A DNA stretch of 64,000 nt from Erysipelotrichaceae bacterium (GTDB taxonomy: Bacteria; Bacillota_I; Bacilli_A; RFN20; DUOF01). Every line of letters begins with the position of its first letter. Position 1 is the stretch's first letter. Positions 60,529 through 64,000 of this stretch are shown piece by piece. Location: assembly GCA_015058985.1 (NCBI GenBank), contig SVBH01000001.1, positions 195,354 to 259,353 of the forward strand, written 5' to 3'. The notes under the pieces were generated by a model. That model had not been told where the DNA came from and did no database searches. It worked only from the letters and a program-made list of their open reading frames with translations. A program made the position numbers and the translations under genes.

Positions 60529-62403
60529 ATGAAATATGATGTAATAGTTGTTGGAGGAGGACATGCAGGTATTGAAGCTTGCTTAAGTAGTGCTAGAAGA
60601 GGTCTTAGCACTCTTTTAGTTACGCTTGATTTTTCTAATGTTGGAAGTGCACCATGTAACCCTTCAATTGGAGGACCTGCTAAAGGAGTAGTGGTTAGAG
60701 AAATTGATGCTTTAGGTGGTCAAATGGCTATTACAACAGATAAGACATATCTTCAAATGAAAATGTTAAACAGTTCAAAAGGACCGGGTGTTCAATGTTT
60801 AAGAGCACAAATAGATAAACTTGATTATATGGAATATATGCAAAAAGTTATCAAGGAACAACCTAATTTAGAGGTTTTAGAAGATATGACTATTGATTTA
60901 ATTGTCAAAGAAAATAAATGCTGTGGTATTGTTACTAAAGAACGTGGAAGTATTGAATCAAAATGCGTAATTCTAACCACTGGAACTTATCTAGAATCTA
61001 CTATCTTAGTAGGACATACTGCGACTGTAAGCGGACCAGATAATCAAAAAGCAGCACAAGGATTATCTCCTAAACTAAAAGAATATGGTTTAGAGATATT
61101 TAGACTTAAAACAGGAACTCCTCCTAGAATAGATAGAGATAGTGTTGATTTCTCTAAAATGGAAGAACAACCTGGGACAGATAAGCCATTAGCATTCTCT
61201 TATACAACTACAGAATTTAAACCTGTTGAAGAACAATGTATGTGCTATTTAATCCACACAAAGCCTGAAACTCATACTATTATTCAAGATAACTTGCAAG
61301 AATCTGCAATGTATAGTGGTTTAGTAACAGGAATAGGACCTAGATATTGTCCTTCTATTGAAGATAAAATTGTTAGATTTTCTGATAAAGAAAGACATCA
61401 ATTGTTTGTAGAACCTGAATCTAATAGATTAAATACAATTTATCTACAAGGATTCTCCACTTCAATGCCTAAAGAAGTACAAGAAAAAATGGTTAGATCT
61501 TTACCAGGTTTTGAAAATGCCAAGTTTATAAAATATGCTTATGCAATTGAATATGATGCTGTTGTTCCTACCCAACTTTATCCAAGTTTAGAAACTAAGT
61601 TAATTGAGAACTTATTCTGTGCAGGGCAAATAAATGGAACAAGCGGTTATGAAGAAGCAGCAGGTCAAGGTATCATCGCTGGTATCAATGCTGCAAATAA
61701 AATTCAAAATAAGGAACCTTTAATCTTAAGAAGAGATGAAGCTTATATTGGTTTAATGATAGATGATTTAGTTACTAAAGGAACTCAAGAACCATATCGT
61801 CTTCTAACTTCTAGATCGGAATATCGATTACTTTTAAGACATGATAATGCTGATCAAAGACTTTTAAAACATGGATATGATAATGGTTTAATAAGTGAAG
61901 AAAGATATCAAAAGTTCTTAGTAAAAATGGAAAATATCAAGAAATTAAAAGAAGAATTAGAAGAAGAAAGATTTACTTGTAGACATCCAATTAATGAAAA
62001 AGTTAGAGAATTAGGATACCCTGATATAGATAAGGGTGTTAGTGCAGTTGATTTATTGAAAAGACCTGCGATAACTATGGATTTATTAAAAGAATATTTC
62101 CATGAAAAACATGATTATGATGATGAAGTTTTTGAAGAAGCAGAGATTGAAATAAAATACGAAGGGTATATTTCTAAACAATTAAAAGAGGCTGAAAGTT
62201 CTCGTAAATTAGAAGAAATGAAAATACCAGCAGATTTAAATTATGATGATGTTCCTAATCTTGCTTTAGAAGCTAGACAAAAACTCAAGAAGTTTAAACC
62301 TTTAACCATAGGACAAGCAAGTAGAATTTCAGGAGTCAATCCTGCAGATATTTCAATATTACTTATCTATTTTAAAGTTCAAAAAAGGAAGGAGACTAAC
62401 TAA
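60529..62403 (+). CDS. mnmG: tRNA uridine 5-carboxymethylaminomethyl modification enzyme MnmG
   Basis: FAD motif DVIVVGGGHAGIEA and the conserved GidA core. Confidence 0.95.
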   Translation: MKYDVIVVGGGHAGIEACLSSARRGLSTLLVTLDFSNVGSAPCNPSIGGPAKGVVVREIDALGGQMAITTDKTYLQMKMLNSSKGPGVQCLRAQIDKLDYMEYMQKVIKEQPNLEVLEDMTIDLIVKENKCCGIVTKERGSIESKCVILTTGTYLESTILVGHTATVSGPDNQKAAQGLSPKLKEYGLEIFRLKTGTPPRIDRDSVDFSKMEEQPGTDKPLAFSYTTTEFKPVEEQCMCYLIHTKPETHTIIQDNLQESAMYSGLVTGIGPRYCPSIEDKIVRFSDKERHQLFVEPESNRLNTIYLQGFSTSMPKEVQEKMVRSLPGFENAKFIKYAYAIEYDAVVPTQLYPSLETKLIENLFCAGQINGTSGYEEAAGQGIIAGINAANKIQNKEPLILRRDEAYIGLMIDDLVTKGTQEPYRLLTSRSEYRLLLRHDNADQRLLKHGYDNGLISEERYQKFLVKMENIKKLKEELEEERFTCRHPINEKVRELGYPDIDKGVSAVDLLKRPAITMDLLKEYFHEKHDYDDEVFEEAEIEIKYEGYISKQLKEAESSRKLEEMKIPADLNYDDVPNLALEARQKLKKFKPLTIGQASRISGVNPADISILLIYFKVQKRKETN

Positions 62404-63116
62404 TGAATCCAACTGAGTTTGTACTTAAATTAAAAGAAAAAGGAATTATTTTAAATGAAACTCAAATAAAACAATTCCATGATTATTATTTACTTTTAAA
62501 AAAATGGAATGATATTATGAACTTGACTACTATCATTGAAGAAGAAAAGGTTTATGAAAAACATTTTTATGACTCTTTAACAGTAGCATTTGAATATGAT
62601 TTCTCTAATAAAAAAATGTTAGATATTGGAACTGGAGCAGGATTCCCTTCGATTCCTTTAAAAATTGTTTTTCCACGTTTAAAACTAACTGCGATGGATT
62701 CGGTAGCTAAGAAAATGAAATTCATTGAAGATGTAGTTAAAAATTTGGGTTTGAAAGATGTTACAATTGTTCCTGATAGAGCAGAATCTTATATTGTTAA
62801 ACATCGTGAAGAATTTGATGTAGTTACCGCTAGAGCTGTTGCTAGATTAAATATTCTTATGGAACTAGCAGCACCTTATTTAAAAGTTGGAGGACATTTC
62901 ATTGCTTTAAAAGGAGCAGGTGGCCAAGAAGAATATCATGAAGCTAGAGAGGCTTCAGAATTATTACACTTAAATTTATATGCTCATCAAGAAATAGAGT
63001 TGCCTGAAGAAAAATCCTCTAGACACAACTATTTCTATGTAAAAACCGAAAAAACTAATCCTAGATATCCTAGAGCATATAATAAAATAAAACAAAGTCC
63101 ATTGAAAAAGAGTTAG
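62403..63116 (+). CDS. rsmG: 16S rRNA (guanine527-N7)-methyltransferase RsmG
   Basis: SAM motif LDIGTGAGFPSIPL. Confidence 0.9.
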   Translation: MNPTEFVLKLKEKGIILNETQIKQFHDYYLLLKKWNDIMNLTTIIEEEKVYEKHFYDSLTVAFEYDFSNKKMLDIGTGAGFPSIPLKIVFPRLKLTAMDSVAKKMKFIEDVVKNLGLKDVTIVPDRAESYIVKHREEFDVVTARAVARLNILMELAAPYLKVGGHFIALKGAGGQEEYHEAREASELLHLNLYAHQEIELPEEKSSRHNYFYVKTEKTNPRYPRAYNKIKQSPLKKS

Positions 63117-63230
63117 TGAAAGCTAACTTTTTATTTTGTGAAACATTTTAATGAAACATTCAAAAAGTGTTTTAAATGCCCATAAAATAACAACTGAAAA
63201 CATTTACTTGCATTTTTTTGTGGAAAAATA

Positions 63231-63259
63231 TTGATTATAAAAAAATGCTATGCTAAAAT
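63231..63259 (+). promoter_or_regulatory. Sigma-A-type promoter upstream of soj (TTGATT-17-TAAAAT)
   Basis: -35 TTGATT at 63231-63236, a 17-nt spacer and -10 TAAAAT at 63254-63259. RBS AGGAGAGTGAG. Confidence 0.55.
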
Positions 63260-63286
63260 CACACTCAGGAGAGTGAGTAATTAATT

Positions 63287-64000
63287 ATGGCAAAGATTAT
63301 TGCAATTGCTAACCAAAAGGGTGGCGTTGGAAAAACAACTACTGCTGTAAACCTATCTGGAGCATTAGCTTATTTAGGAAGAAAAGTATTGTTAATCGAC
63401 ATGGACCCTCAAGGAAATGCAACGCGTGCAGTAGGTTGCGACGCAGCATTAGTAGAAGTTAGCTTGTACCATGTTTTAACAGGACAAGAAAACATTGAAA
63501 ATGTTATAAAACCTACAAGTTTAAGAAATATGTCTATATTACCAGCATCTATGGAACTTGCTGGGGCTGACCTAGAAATGGCATCAGCTTTTGAAGATAG
63601 ACAAGATAGACTTAAAAAACAACTAGAAAGAGTTGAGCACAATTATGATTATGTTATCATCGATTGTCCTCCATCTTTAGGACTATTAAACGTTAATGCT
63701 TTAGTAGCAGCTAACTCTGTATTAGTCCCATTACAATGTGAATACTTCGCAATGGAAGGATTAGCTCAATTATTATCAACGATCAGAAAATTACAACAAA
63801 CTAAAAACTCTGATCTTGAAATCGAAGGTGTATTATTAACTATGGCTGACTTTAGAACGAGATTCTCTAATGAAGTAGCACAAGAAATAAGAAAATTCTT
63901 CAAAGAGAAAGTTTATCAAACTGCAATCCCTCGTTCAGTTAAGTTAGCTGAAGCTCCATCAAGAGGAAAAACTATTGTTGAATATAGTGTTAACTCCAAG
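63287..64000 (+). CDS. soj: Chromosome partitioning ATPase Soj/ParA (3' end truncated by the window edge)
   Basis: Manual translation gives MAKIIAIANQKGGVGKTTTAVNLSGALAYLGRKVLLIDMDPQGNAT. It is absent from the ORF track because there is no in-window stop codon. Confidence 0.85.
   Translation, partial: MAKIIAIANQKGGVGKTTTAVNLSGALAYLGRKVLLIDMDPQGNATRAVGCDAALVEVSLYHVLTGQENIENVIKPTSLRNMSILPASMELAGADLEMASAFEDRQDRLKKQLERVEHNYDYVIIDCPPSLGLLNVNALVAANSVLVPLQCEYFAMEGLAQLLSTIRKLQQTKNSDLEIEGVLLTMADFRTRFSNEVAQEIRKFFKEKVYQTAIPRSVKLAEAPSRGKTIVEYSVNSK

Overview
This strongly AT-rich window spans the chromosomal replication origin of a low-GC Firmicute (Bacillota). The gene order follows the Bacillus subtilis origin region, though this organism lacks several B. 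subtilis genes: rpmH-rnpA-yidC-jag-mnmE on the minus strand, then oriC, then dnaA-dnaN-yaaA-recF-gyrB-gyrA-serS-tadA-dnaX-ybaB-recR-tmk-holB-ricT-rsmI-metG-mnmG-rsmG-soj on the plus strand. The left half (all minus strand) is also syntenic with B. subtilis: dnaB helicase-rplI-gdpP-rpsR-ssb-rpsF, lysS-dusB, hslO-ftsH-tilS-spoIIE-like-divIC-yabQ-yabP-yabO, mfd-pth, yabG-ksgA-rnmV-tatD. The sporulation-associated genes (yabG, yabP, yabQ, a mini SpoIIE, ricT) point to a spore-former or former spore-former, possibly Erysipelotrichia/Clostridia-like; the lineage is inferred only. Almost everything is conserved housekeeping. I found no CRISPR array, tRNA, rRNA, IS element or prophage. Features missed by the ORF track: a small-type SRP (4.5S) RNA with a near-consensus promoter just upstream of tadA; two 16-bp parS sites (TGTTTCACGTGAAACA), one overlapping the tadA start codon and one between gyrA and serS; bipartite oriC DnaA-box clusters flanking dnaA; the 44-aa rpmH gene; and the plasmid-partition-type soj/parA gene running off the right end. 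The accessory candidates are modest: (i) a HAD phosphatase plus P-loop kinase pair resembling a split T4 Pnkp end-healing module, sitting where B. subtilis has yybS; (ii) a Clp ATPase whose second AAA+ domain has lost Walker A and B; (iii) tandem HtrA paralogs, the second with its catalytic Ser replaced by Gln; (iv) an unknown four-gene block between yabO and mfd; (v) an unknown 297-aa gene with an extended -10 promoter and a DnaA box. None is proven to be a novel system.
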